From Catajapyx aquilonaris (taxonomy: Eukaryota): a stretch of DNA of 20,000 nucleotides. The stretch is taken from the NCBI GenBank assembly GCA_000934665.2, contig JYFJ02001538.1:56640-76639 (forward strand), read 5' to 3'. Numbering within the stretch: the stretch's first letter is position 1; every line of letters begins with the position of its first letter. A model generated the notes under the pieces. The model was not told where the DNA came from and searched no databases. It saw nothing but the letters and a program-made list of their open reading frames with translations. Of this stretch, positions 1-11,000 are shown piece by piece. Position numbers and translations under genes: made by a program.

Positions 1-1046
1 GTGTGTAAATATTTGCTAAGTGCATTATTAGCTATTCATATTCACCTCACGAATATTACACACACAAAAAAAACAGTAGCATGTACCGCAATTTTTTTGA
101 CAAATTAATGTTCGCATAATGTGGTTTTATCACTTCCTTTACTTCCACACAGAAAAAAATGTGCTCATGTCGGACACTTTGTGTAATAAGGAGGCGCTGC
201 ATATTTCACTAAAATCTTTCCAGCAATTGGAATTCCTGAAGTGAAAATGACATCATTCATCCATTTTTTTTTACTAACGCCATTATTTGAAATTTTCTAA
301 GGTAATTTCTCTAGAAAAGTGACATCATAAACATCCAGCTCAAGAAAGGACCAGGCGGCGCCACTCGTAAACAAAACCTCAAAATAATGTGTTGAAATTT
401 TAAGGCAACTTCACATATCATATCCTCTTAGATCATTGGACACACACACAAAAAAAAAAACACACATGTGAGTCACACCTCATGTGGACACAGGCCTGTA
501 CAGTGTGCCTTGAATTTTTACGACACATTTCTAGTGTCCAGCGACTTATTCGCGTGACCGAACGCGATTTCTCTTGGCATCAGAATTACAATGCGTCCCA
601 TTTAGGCCTCATTTCAGGTCCAATGCGAGGGGGCCTGCAGGCTACCCCCCTTTTTTTTTCTTGCTGGAGGAGAATTATTGCGACCGTCTTTCGAGTCGAT
701 AAAAAATATAGTGGGTTTGTAAGAGACGAGGGATGGAAAAGAAATGAGGTTCAAACAACGGGGAGTGCTTATTTATCAAAGGCTACTCCCAAAAGGACGA
801 CAATTCAGACCGCGCCTAGGTTTGTTCTGGGCCACCCCGGAAGCTGCCAAAAATATATATGGGAAAGGTGTCGCCAACACACGCTTCACGACCATAATTT
901 TATCGAAGGAATTGACATCAGTGTTAGCATTGGGTCACATCTATAAATCTGTTAAAATGTATTCAAATTGTATCCGAGTGGCCCACCGTTCTGCGCCTGC
1001 GCAATGGAGGGAAGCAGCGCCTCTGGTGGGTGGGAGACTGAACTAG

Positions 1047-1489
1047 TCTTTCTCCTAATAGGCTAGAGGGTGGTACTACAATGTGGGACAAGCGTCAGAT
1101 CAGGGCTACATAAGAGGCGCAAACTTCTGTCGGCGCCTTTGATGCTCGCGTCTCTCTGTTTGCGGCCGTTGCCAAGGCTGGCGGCCATTTTGAAGTGTGG
1201 GGAACGCCAACGAGGTATAAATAGGGTACAGGCAAAAATAGGGTCCGCCATCTTTGATGGTTTTGGCGGCCATGGCAACTACACGGCAAGAACACGCGCG
1301 AATCAAAGATGGCGGACTCTATTTTTGACTGTACCCTATTTATACCTCGTTGGCGTTTCCCACACTTCAAAATGGCCGCAAGCATTGGCAACGCCCCAGA
1401 CAGAGAGACGCGAAAATCGTATGCTTGCGCCTCTTATGTAGTATATGCTCCCTGATCAGATGGAGAGAATAAGCCTATTAGGAGAAAGA
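1047..1489. mobile_element. Fold-back / MITE-like non-autonomous DNA transposon (~440 bp)
   Basis: Perfect 18-bp outer inverted repeat TCTTTCTCCTAATAGGCT (1047-1064 / 1472-1489); nested arms CTACATAAGAGGCGCAA (1106-1122 / 1425-1441); near-perfect ~78-bp arms (1181-1258 / 1302-1379) around a ~43-bp loop. Confidence 0.8.
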
Positions 1490-3505
1490 TATCTGCAGGC
1501 ATCAGACCGTCAAAGGAACCGACACAAATACACAGATCCTTTGAGCACACCCGCAATATCCAGTATGTTCCAACTGGGTCAAATCTGATAAATTGACCTG
1601 AATTTTGGATGGTGCGTCATTTATTTGGTTCTTCAGTATAGAGGAAGCTACCAAGAATGGTGGTCCATTTATAGTAAGAGGGGTTGGGTAGTAATTTCTC
1701 AGGAGGGTGGGTGTCAGTAGTTTGAGAGAAGAGGTCAGGAAATTAGAGAGGAGTTAATGAGAGTGTTCGTGCACGTCCTCCAGACTTTATCTGATCTTTT
1801 AACAGAAAAAAAGGTTTGTCTCAATCGGTTCTTAACTGAGGGTTAAATTTAGCCCGAAATTTGGGGGGGACCATTGGGTGAAATATGCGGAGACCCTCGA
1901 TTTGTAAGAAGTTGAGGACTCCCTGCCAGCAGTTTTTGGGTGGTCTGGTAGTTTTTCACCTGTATGTCTGGGTCATCTCTTTCTTATCTACATTGACGTC
2001 GCCGCTGTTACTATCCCGAAAATGGAGATCGGCCCGTTTGAGTTGGCTCCGTAACGATGTAATGGACCCAGCTTGGTCCAGACACCCGAACTAGAAAATT
2101 CCTCAACTTCAAAAAGGGGAGATCGGGTTTCTCACAGACGATGGAATTCACGTCTGCAACACGTTGGAAGCCAAGACATTTCCTGTAGTTGCAAGGCAAA
2201 GATAATTGCTAATAGGTAAAATTTTTAAGCCCCCTATATACAATTAATGGTCAAGGTTGGCTACTTTTGGCAGTTTGACATCTTAGGGGGGGCAAGACCT
2301 GAAATTATTGGTGCTGTCAGTTCAAATAAAAATGGGAGGCGGACGTCCCATTGTGGCTATAATATTATTGCATCAGTTTTAGCTGTCGTGTCGCTCATAG
2401 TTCGTTGTTAGGCTCGTTTGCTGCTGATTGGGACCCTGGAACTTGGACATTTCCTGTGCTGGAGTCCTCCGAAAGAAAAAAAATGGTTCCCAAACGAAAA
2501 TTTTTCCTCCTTTCAAAATTGGGATTCAGATCTTCTCGCTCGAGATGGAATTGATAAGGAGACATTACAAGCCCATGGCATTTCAACGTATTAATCATTT
2601 TTGACGCCTAGTCCAAAGACGCGCGGGGTCCCCCAAAAAGTTTAGCTCCAGCATCCCCCTTATATTCCTGACCCCTATCTTACCTGCCAAACAAGGTTGA
2701 AACTGTCAGGTCAGGATGAGAAACATAAGGAGATGACCATCAGGATAACGAGGGGTGGTTGTGGAGAGAACAATACGAGGCTGTTGGGGTTTCTTTTTCG
2801 GCTACGCAACATTACGCGTAATTAATTGTTGTGCTCACCTCTGGCAGTTTCCTCAAAAAAAAAGGAAGGTGGCATTGTTGGGTCAAAGCAACAACTGGAA
2901 GAACAAAAGCGGCCAATTAAAGGAACAGACACCCTTTTTATCATTCCCAGCATGTACTTTTTTGCCTTTTATAAAGACTTTTTCATCCCCTGACTTTTTT
3001 GATAGCATCTGGAAGATCCATGAACAGCAATGGTTGTATCCCGTTGGGGGCCCCCCAACCGAATTTCTAATAAGCACAAATTTCAGGCTTGATTGACGAC
3101 AGGCGAGGGATGAGTTACCATTTTATTTCTACCTTTCAAATAAATTTTTTTTCCCCCTTCAAAGAGTAATTTTGATACACCCGGTTGCCGGAAGGGGGGT
3201 AATTACATCAACTCTATATGGGGGCACCCTGTAGCTTCAAGAGTCCGTGACCAAGACGCGCGAATGAGACAAGTAAATGTCTTGTCTGGTGATTGGGTAC
3301 CATTATTGATGAGTATTGTACTGAACTGTCATGGCATCTGGAAGGTGAACCATAAATAATGTAACGAGACTTTTGACATATTCTGACAGGGCATCGCATG
3401 TCCGAACCGACAGAAGGACGCGTGACGAATTTTCATCAAATAAGTGTTGGGTGGGCTACATACTAATTTTTGTAAAAAAAAAAAAAAAAAAAAATCAAGG
3501 TATAT

Positions 3506-3689
3506 GTCAATTGGGGTGAGATTGTGCCAACGTATTTTTTTGATAACAGTGCGCCCTACCGTGTCATTTGCCATCCCTCAGTCAAACATGCCTAAATTCT
3601 CTTGCTGCCAGTAGGGCGCACTGCTGTCCCCCAAAAAATGCGATGGCACAATCTCACCCCACCTGGCACAATCTCACCCCAATTGACGG
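3506..3689. mobile_element. MITE with 24-bp TIRs (Tc1/mariner/pogo-like right end ...GACGG|TA)
   Basis: GTCAATTGGGGTGAGATTGTGCCA (3506-3529) is inverted at 3664-3687; subterminal 17-mer TGGCACAATCTCACCCC duplicated (3644-3660, 3664-3680); inner arms CAGTGCGCCCTAC/GTAGGGCGCACTG; left terminus degenerate. Confidence 0.75.
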
Positions 3690-4438
3690 TATTTTGGCAC
3701 TTTTTTATGTTTAAAATTTGCTGTTAGTCATTTCCACTCCAGTTCCCACATCTGGCTGTTTATTTCCGCACACTTCTAGGTGACTCTGTCGTCACACCCA
3801 ACACATCGCAGATAACGAGTCTCTCTTGAATGTTCAAAATACCGATGCGAATGAGGCGAAACAACCGTACATATTTTTTCGACTTTAGCTTTCCCCCTCT
3901 CTCTCACCCCTCAGCCAAAGTGCATTACTAATGTGGAAACCAGAAGCACGTACAAGGTTCGAGCCTGCAACCAGTGTTCCCATCGCTCAAAAAACACCCT
4001 TCCCCCTTTCCTACACATTTATACCAACACATTTTTCGGCTCGATTCAAGGCAGCTATAGCTTAGGAGAAGAAGAAAAAAAAGCTCATAAAAATCGGCTA
4101 TTAGCATAGCTCGTTGTTTTCAACCGGTGGGGGGATAATAAGCGCGTTTGGAGAGTTATATTTAGGCGTCCTCCATAGCGATTAAGTGGGTTAGGCAGGT
4201 AAGGCCGAAGGTTTTTTAATTACAGCCGTGGCTCCTGTAGTTGATCCGTCTATGATCGTATAACCCCCCTGGAAGGGTCTGGAGGGCAACCAGGGGCTAA
4301 TTATGGAGGTGTCGCTTCTGGTGATTAGGGGGGCCCATCCGGACTAATCATCTCCAGTGTTTTTTGGTGCCAATAACGTGCGTTGCATAACCGATCGGAA
4401 TGTTGATATTTATAGCAATGTTGTGGTTTTTATTACAA

Positions 4439-4696
4439 TCTATATGCATGAAAGGCGAAGTTCGTTCGTTCGCCGGTCGTCCATGGCAACGGATATCCAT
4501 GGCAACGGATATCCATGGCACAAATCCATGGAAACAGCAAACAGGCCTCGCGAAGGACATAATGTAGAAGAATGTACCGTATAACGGCAAAGTTTGTTTG
4601 TTTGTATGCTTGTTCGCATGTCAACGGGGTTTCCATCGGTTTCCATGGCATCAAACAATGGAAAAAGGCCTTGCGAAGAACGGGCTTTTCTTCTAG
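4439..4696 (+). mobile_element. Non-autonomous Helitron-like element
   Basis: A|TC 5' end, CTAG|T 3' end, degenerate subterminal hairpin GCCTTGC-GAA-GAACGGGC ~8 nt before the end, (GTTC)n/(GTTT)n microsatellites after TCTATA-type heads. Confidence 0.6.
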
Positions 4697-4713
4697 TATA
4701 ATATAATATAATA

Positions 4714-4920
4714 CAGGGTGGTCCAAGTTCAAGTGTCGTTTTATAACGGCGATTAATAGGAGCGCTTAACGATGACGTAGCAGCGACGTGTAAAATTGCC
4801 CACTTCGATTGCGCCGAAGATGCGCCTTAGTGGGACATTTTACGCGTCGCTGCTACGTCATCGCAAAATCACTGCTATTAATCGCCGTTATAAAACGACA
4901 CTTGAACTTGGACCACCCTG
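4714..4920. mobile_element. Tc1/mariner-type MITE (207 bp) with perfect 46-bp TIRs and TA target duplication
   Basis: TA|CAGGGTGGTCCAAGTTCAAGTGTCGTTTTATAACGGCGATTAATAG with its exact reverse complement at 4875-4920|TA; further inner arms 4770-4804 / 4829-4863; sits inside a (TATAA)n tract. Confidence 0.9.
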
Positions 4921-4949
4921 TATAATATAATATAATATAATATAATATA

Positions 4950-5026
4950 TTACATGTTATATCAAACAGATGTTACATGTTATATCAAACAGATGTTACA
5001 TGTTATATCAAACAGATGTTACATGT
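4950..5026. repeat. 23-bp minisatellite (TGTTACATGTTATATCAAACAGA) x ~3.3
   Basis: Direct tandem copies read from the sequence. Confidence 0.9.
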
Positions 5027-5046
5027 CATTTTACAATATTGTTACA

Positions 5047-5202
5047 TAATTATTATATTAATATTATGCTACTTAATTATTATATTAAATATTGCTACTT
5101 AATTATTATATTAAATATTGCTACTTAATTATTATATTAAATATTGCTACTTAATTATTATATTAAATATTGCTACTTAATTATTATATTAAATATTGCT
5201 AC
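5047..5202. repeat. 26-bp AT-rich minisatellite (TAATTATTATATTAAATATTGCTACT) x ~6
   Basis: GCTAC recurs at 5068, 5094, 5120, 5146, 5172, 5198. Confidence 0.9.
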
Positions 5203-5226
5203 ATACTCTCTACTGTATAGTAGAGT

Positions 5227-5388
5227 TAAATATTATGTTGCATTATATTAACTCATTAAATATTATGTTGCATTATATTAACTCATTAAATATTATGCTG
5301 CATTATATTAACTCATTAAATATTATGTTGCATTATATTAACTCATTAAATATTATGTTGCATTATTATAACTTATTAAACATTATAT
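5227..5388. repeat. 30-bp AT-rich minisatellite (TTAAATATTATGTTGCATTATATTAACTCA) x ~5
   Basis: Direct tandem copies; source of the repetitive LNIMLHYINS ORF. Confidence 0.9.
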
Positions 5389-8300
5389 CACAAATCACAA
5401 TATCAGAAGGTCCGACCCGGTGCTTGGGATCAGAAATGGATCACACTGGCAGTGATCTATCACTCTTTTTTCTTAAATTCATAAATGCTACCGCTTTTGT
5501 GCTGACAGGAACCCCCTCTATATAATTAGTGGCTCCTTAAACAGACGCGGTGACAGCCCATTTAAGTTTCACCTGACGCGTGAATGACGTGATTGTTGAT
5601 TTTTATTACCAATATTTACCACCCTTCTTCCTCTCGGAATGTTGGATTATGAATGGGCGCCATTTAGAAGGGCATGCATGCGTTTGTAAGTGCGAAGAAA
5701 GGCGGGAGAAAGGGCGTCGAAGCTGCGTGCGGATCCGATTGCCTCTTAGCACTCACATTGTTATCAGGGGCGGTTTTTAAAAAGGGCGCCTTGTGGAAAT
5801 GAAAGGACCCTACTTCGAAATGCAAAAAAGAAAAGAAAAAAAAGTGTGGGTACATAAAAAGATCTCTCTAGCTCTGAAAGGAGTGCTTTCCGGTTTTGGA
5901 AGACGCCTAGAGGCGTGTCGGGTGTGAAGGTGAAAGACAGGGTGCAGCATTCTGATATTTCTCTGCTTCCCAAGTCCCTCATCCACTGGCCTGACCACCT
6001 ATTCAGAATACCCCTAAAGGTTGTCACACCTTTAAAAGGCGAGCTTAATTCTGGAGCAACATATTTCAGGTGTAATCAGGCCCTTGATTGGACATATCTG
6101 TCCAGCGCCATCTACCGGTGGCGTCATCTTACTATACTGTTACTGGCCGATTTATTTGTCATTTTTTTTCATTTTTTGGTCCAAGAGGTCGACGTAAGGT
6201 CGCTTGTTATGGTCCCCGGTTTTGGAAGGGCTCAAAGCCACAGTAAAAACAAACCGAATGAAGGGGTATCATTCAGCGGCTCATCTCGCGGCCTCTTCCT
6301 CAACGATATTTTAATTGGCTGGCTTTCGTGCATCTAAATGGCAGCTTCCGACAGGAAGGGCACTTGTTGATTTTTTGAACCCAGAAAATATCGAGATATA
6401 CCAGGGGCTGCCCCGGGGCGTAGTGTTTACTGGGATTTCACACACTGACATGTTGCTTTCTTGGCATTATTTTTAGCGTTGACACACGTTTGCGTTTGAT
6501 ATAGCTTTTTACTGAGATCGTGATTGGTAACCGTGAAGCACCTTTTCACAGACCTCCCATAAAGGATGCTGAAAAAAAAATACAGGTCTCAGGATCACAT
6601 TGCTTCCGCTAAGTTTGATCTCAACAAGGCACCTTTGTTTGGGAGGTTGGCTTAAAGGTGCTAAGGGGGAGGCCATTTTTTTTTCTTCTTCTTTCGAAAA
6701 GGATGTAGGTGAGGGCTTTAGAATTTTTGTGAGGGTTTATTGCCACTGCCACCAGGTGACTAGGCAGCGTAAATAAAATTCTCAACCCCCCCACCAAAAA
6801 GCTGTTGCTTTATGGATTTTGATGGTGGCTAGCCTGCCACGTGTTGCCGCCGCCATTTCCATACAGTCTGACGATACCACCCACAACGCCATTTGTTTCA
6901 AAGTCACGACAAGTTGACACATCATTTGCTTCCTGCATTTCCCTCAAAAACGGTGGCTATATATATTAATGAACCCACTTGTTTTTTTTGTACATAAAAA
7001 AATGATTAACGACCCAGGGCAATGCATCTCCATAAAATTAATTATTACGTATATCCACAATTGTTAAGTTGCGCCCGACAGGTCATCTCCATTACAAACC
7101 ACACCCCAGCGTGCGTTTGGCATAACACCAACACCTGCTCTGAATATGTTAAAAAAGCTAGATCGGTGAAAGTGGTGCATCTAAGCCGGTGATGGATGGT
7201 AGACACACTCACTAGGTGGGCACGCTATATGGTTGTTAAAACAGAAAAAAAAAACACATTTTCATTGCGAACAGTACGCCATGACTTCCCCTTGTTTATA
7301 GCCCAACCCCTAACCCAGCCGGAAATTAGATTTTGGAGGGGGCGTCTGTTTTTTTTTATTATATATAAATGTTCTGGGGGCCAACATGTGTGGGTCACGA
7401 ACAACGAAGCACATACATCATCATGGCGGCCGCTGGCTATTTATTTATTGTCGCACCGAGTATGTACACTGCTGACAATTCAATTTGTGAGCGTCTGTTT
7501 TTTTGGCAAAGTCGCGGCGTCTTGTGTGGAAGGGAAAGATTTATTTTGGCCTGCTGTAAAACATTTTATTCTCGGTTTGTTTCAAAGTCGTTGCTATCTT
7601 GTCACATTATGTGACTCGAGAGGAGGGTTATGCCAAAATGTCGAGTCTAATGGGGGCCGTTTGGACATGACGGGGGGGGCAAAGATCGTTCGCAGTTTTA
7701 TGGGCGGAAAACGTTTTTCTGTTCAGGGGGAGTGTAAGTGGAGGTGCTTTGTGTCGACGGAGTTGTCATGTCCGGACATTTACGACCCGGGATGTTGTGA
7801 GAAGCTATAAAAAAAAAAACACTGACGTTGGTACGTGCCAGGCCTTTGCATGTAAGCAAAAATATACAAAATTATAGTCCAAACTGGATGCAAGTTAGGA
7901 AATATATATTCAAAGTTATCAATGAAAAGCCGCTTCGATATAATAACACTGTAGAATGCATGCAACATGATGGAATTCATGCTCGTGTTGAAAAGTTATA
8001 ACGTTGTAGTACATACTTCGAACATTACAGTGCTTATAGGATAAGCTCGCAGCCCTATAACTGGATTTAGTAAATAAATATGTACAGTATTTATTCTCTT
8101 ATTTTGTCTACTTTCATTCCCATGTGTCTTTTGATAGCCATTAGCCACAGTTGCTGTGGCTTCTTCCTAATAAACTTAACTAACTATATAGAAATAAATG
8201 AATAAATAAAAGTCGCAGTTTAGACACATTCTAGCCATTCACAGCGTGCTGTTATTAATAATTGTGGACTCAACCAAGATGAATATTTTGTGTGTATGGT

Positions 8301-9159
8301 GGCACACTTTTGTCACCTTACACACGGGTCATGCACACTCCTCTCTTGTGGTCATACATATACAGCAGCCCCGGGGCCAAAAAACGGTCTGGGTTTCGAA
8401 TTTTTTGGCGACACCCAAATAAACTTGAGGCTCCATGCGTGACGATGCAGCCCAGATCATTCATAAACATATCCACGGACAACCCCCTCAAAAAAAAAAA
8501 GTAATCGGAGACGACGATCGTAGGTGCGAATAAGAAATCAGGGGATGCTCGTACCTATATACTTATACATCTCTCGGCGCCCAACAAAAGGAAACTTTGC
8601 ATTCCTGGTATATTAGAGGCTGTCAAGCTGGGAACCAACATAGCGTCAGCTGAAGAAATATACCGTGCAGGAGAAGCATTAAGTTACCTTCAAAAACCTA
8701 AAGGGATGCCCTCCAGACACACTGAAAAGAGAAGGAGGGATAAGATGTGGATTATAAAAGTGAACTTTTTTTTTATCCACAAAACTTTTTTTACGCCTTT
8801 TTTTTTTCTAAAAGGAAAGGGGGGGGTAGAAAGGCTGTCTAACAACGAAATAACTCGGTGTTAAATTTCGAGTTTAAATTTTACTAATAGAGCTCTCTTG
8901 ACAAGTATTCGCCACGCAAGAATTATTGGCTCTAGCTGTTTAGTTCAACAGAAGATTGATTTTTTGGACGAATTTTCTGAAAAAGTGCGTTGCTCCCGCG
9001 ACTATTTTTAAGTGACATTTTTATCACAATGTTACGCACCTGTCAACTGATAATTCGCGACAGGCCAAATTGTGACGTCATACTATAATTTCGTCGTTAT
9101 TGCACCAGTGCTATCTAAAAAAATTCAGAGTGAAAATGTCACTCAAAAAAAGCTATGTT

Positions 9160-9541
9160 TGAGTGAAATAACAGCTGTTCAGTTTCATACGCACGCGTGT
9201 GACCTGGATTATTGAACACTAAAAAATTTCGAGTGTTTTTCCACTCGATTTGAGTGATTTTCGACTCTTTCGCCTACTTGATTTGACTCCCACTCTTTCT
9301 GAGTGGAAATCACTAGATCACTTAAACGAAAAAATTTCACTGAAGAAACTTTAATAATTAATTATTATTATCGTTCGTTCTCAGTGAATTTCATTCAAGT
9401 GATCGAGTGATTCCACTCACACAGTCAGAGTGAAAATCACTCAAATTGAGTGGAAAAACACTTCCAAAATTTTTAAGAGTGGTGATGTGAACCCAGCTGG
9501 TCACACGCGTGCATATGAAATTGAATAGCTGTTATAACTCA
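9160..9541. mobile_element. Degenerate fold-back element (~380 bp); inner part has CACT..AAAA termini
   Basis: Arms ATAACAGCTGTTCAGTTTCATACGCACGCGTGTGACC / GGTCACACGCGTGCATATGAAATTGAATAGCTGTTAT; inner arms rich in GAGTG/CACTC (9217-9267 / 9428-9481); AT palindrome at the centre (~9352-9370). Confidence 0.7.
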
Positions 9542-10452
9542 CAATCACATGTGTTAACGCCGCATTTTTATACATTATGGCCATAATCCCGTCACATGAA
9601 AAATAATTTAGCACTCACTTATGGCGAAGTCACCAGACCATGTCCGGCACAAAATCGTGAGACATTTTCCCCAGCTTTCAACTCGTTTTCTTCCGTATGT
9701 TATCGACTAAATCACTGTTACACACCGAAAAAAAAAATTATATATAAGACCGGTTTTTTTCAATCCTCCAAACGATCCACGAGCCACAATGTGACACATT
9801 GTAAAAAACGTACGTGATTGGGTTCCATCAATGAGTATCGAGTCCATTAAGGGGATGCCAGTGCGTGATATTCATAACGAGCTCTCGTATAACTTTTTTT
9901 TCTTCTTCTTCTTCTCAGGGATTTTTAATGGGCCGTAAGGCAAACAGGGTCCGCCCCGGGGCGCCTCTTGGATCTAGACCAGTGCGTGAGGATAGCTATT
10001 GACTCTGCCCCTTATTTTTTTCTGCCCATTTATTACTAGCCTTGTTTATACAACGACGGTAATGTCTGTGGGGCGGTTCGTTTGAATTAAATGCAGAAGT
10101 GTAACGCGACGGGGTTTTTTCGACACACCCTGTAGTTCACCCCGAAATATTTTCTAAAGCTCGGGTCCTTTTTCATTCTTTGAAAGGTATGGGAGAAGGG
10201 GGAGAGAAAAGAATGGGACTTGGGTTGGACGAAGGAAATCTGATGCGGTTCAATGCGATTTTTACCGAACTTTTAGAGCAAAATTTTAACCACGTTCTGC
10301 CAAAATGTTCTAAATTCCACTTTTGCCTGCATTTATTCGGAAATTAATAAGCATAATTGCAGCTGAATTGTTACTTGCAGATGGCTACTCAGAAATAAAT
10401 GAATGAATAACAGTCGAACGTCTTAACCGTTCAGTCTAGTTCAGTCATCTAG

Positions 10453-10710
10453 TTTTATAAATAAATAAATAAATAAATAAAATTTTAAGAATATATTTTT
10501 ATAAATAAATAAATAAATAAATAAATACATTTTTAAGAATATATTTTTATAAATAAATAAATAAATAAATACATTTTAAGAATATATTTGTATCAATAAA
10601 TAAATAAATAAATACATTTTAAGAATATATTTTTATAAATCAATAAATACATTTTAAGAATATATTTTTATAAATCAATAAATAAATACATTTTAAAGAA
10701 TATATTTTTA

Positions 10711-10745
<35 letters not shown>

Positions 10746-10820
10746 ATTGCTGTTCAGTGCATTAACCATCCAGCTCGTCTTCTTAGAAATAAATAAATAA
10801 ATACATACATACATACATAA
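10453..10820. repeat. Compound satellite: (TAAA)n blocks interleaved with an ACATTTTAAGAATATATTTTTA spacer (~6 units), ending in (TACA)n
   Basis: Read directly from the sequence. Confidence 0.9.
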
Positions 10821-10913
10821 CCGTCCAATGCCATTAACTATTCACTCACTCTCTTTTCTTAGAAATAAATGCATAAATAAATACATGACAGTCCAACACC
10901 CTAACCATTCAGT

Positions 10914-11000
10914 CACACACACACACACACTCTCTCTCTCTCTCTTTTCATAGAAGTACATAAATAAATAAATAAATAAAATAATAAATAAATAAATAGA
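10914..11000. repeat. (CA)n(TC)n plus (TAAA)n microsatellites
   Basis: Read directly from the sequence. Confidence 0.85.

Noticed and set aside
1070..1441. Mutually similar ORFs on both strands
   Set aside because: Similarity is a by-product of the inverted-repeat structure
1500..3400. Possible decayed non-LTR retrotransposon (RKCLGFQR...E.PDLP segment in ORF 2011..2199)
   Set aside because: Only a faint resemblance to post-RT LINE sequence; no YADD/QG or endonuclease motifs found; needs tBLASTn/HMM to support
4950..5388. Regularly spaced 23-30-bp repeats as a CRISPR array
   Set aside because: Head-to-tail tandem units with no unique spacers, no cas genes, eukaryotic intron-containing context
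7196..7810. 204-aa ORF as a gene
   Set aside because: Homopolymer-ridden, no domain motifs, no coding-like composition or convincing splice context
9858..9989. 11-bp direct repeat CCAGTGCGTGA flanking ~110 bp as a target-site duplication
   Set aside because: No TIRs or clear tail define an insert; could be chance or a local duplication
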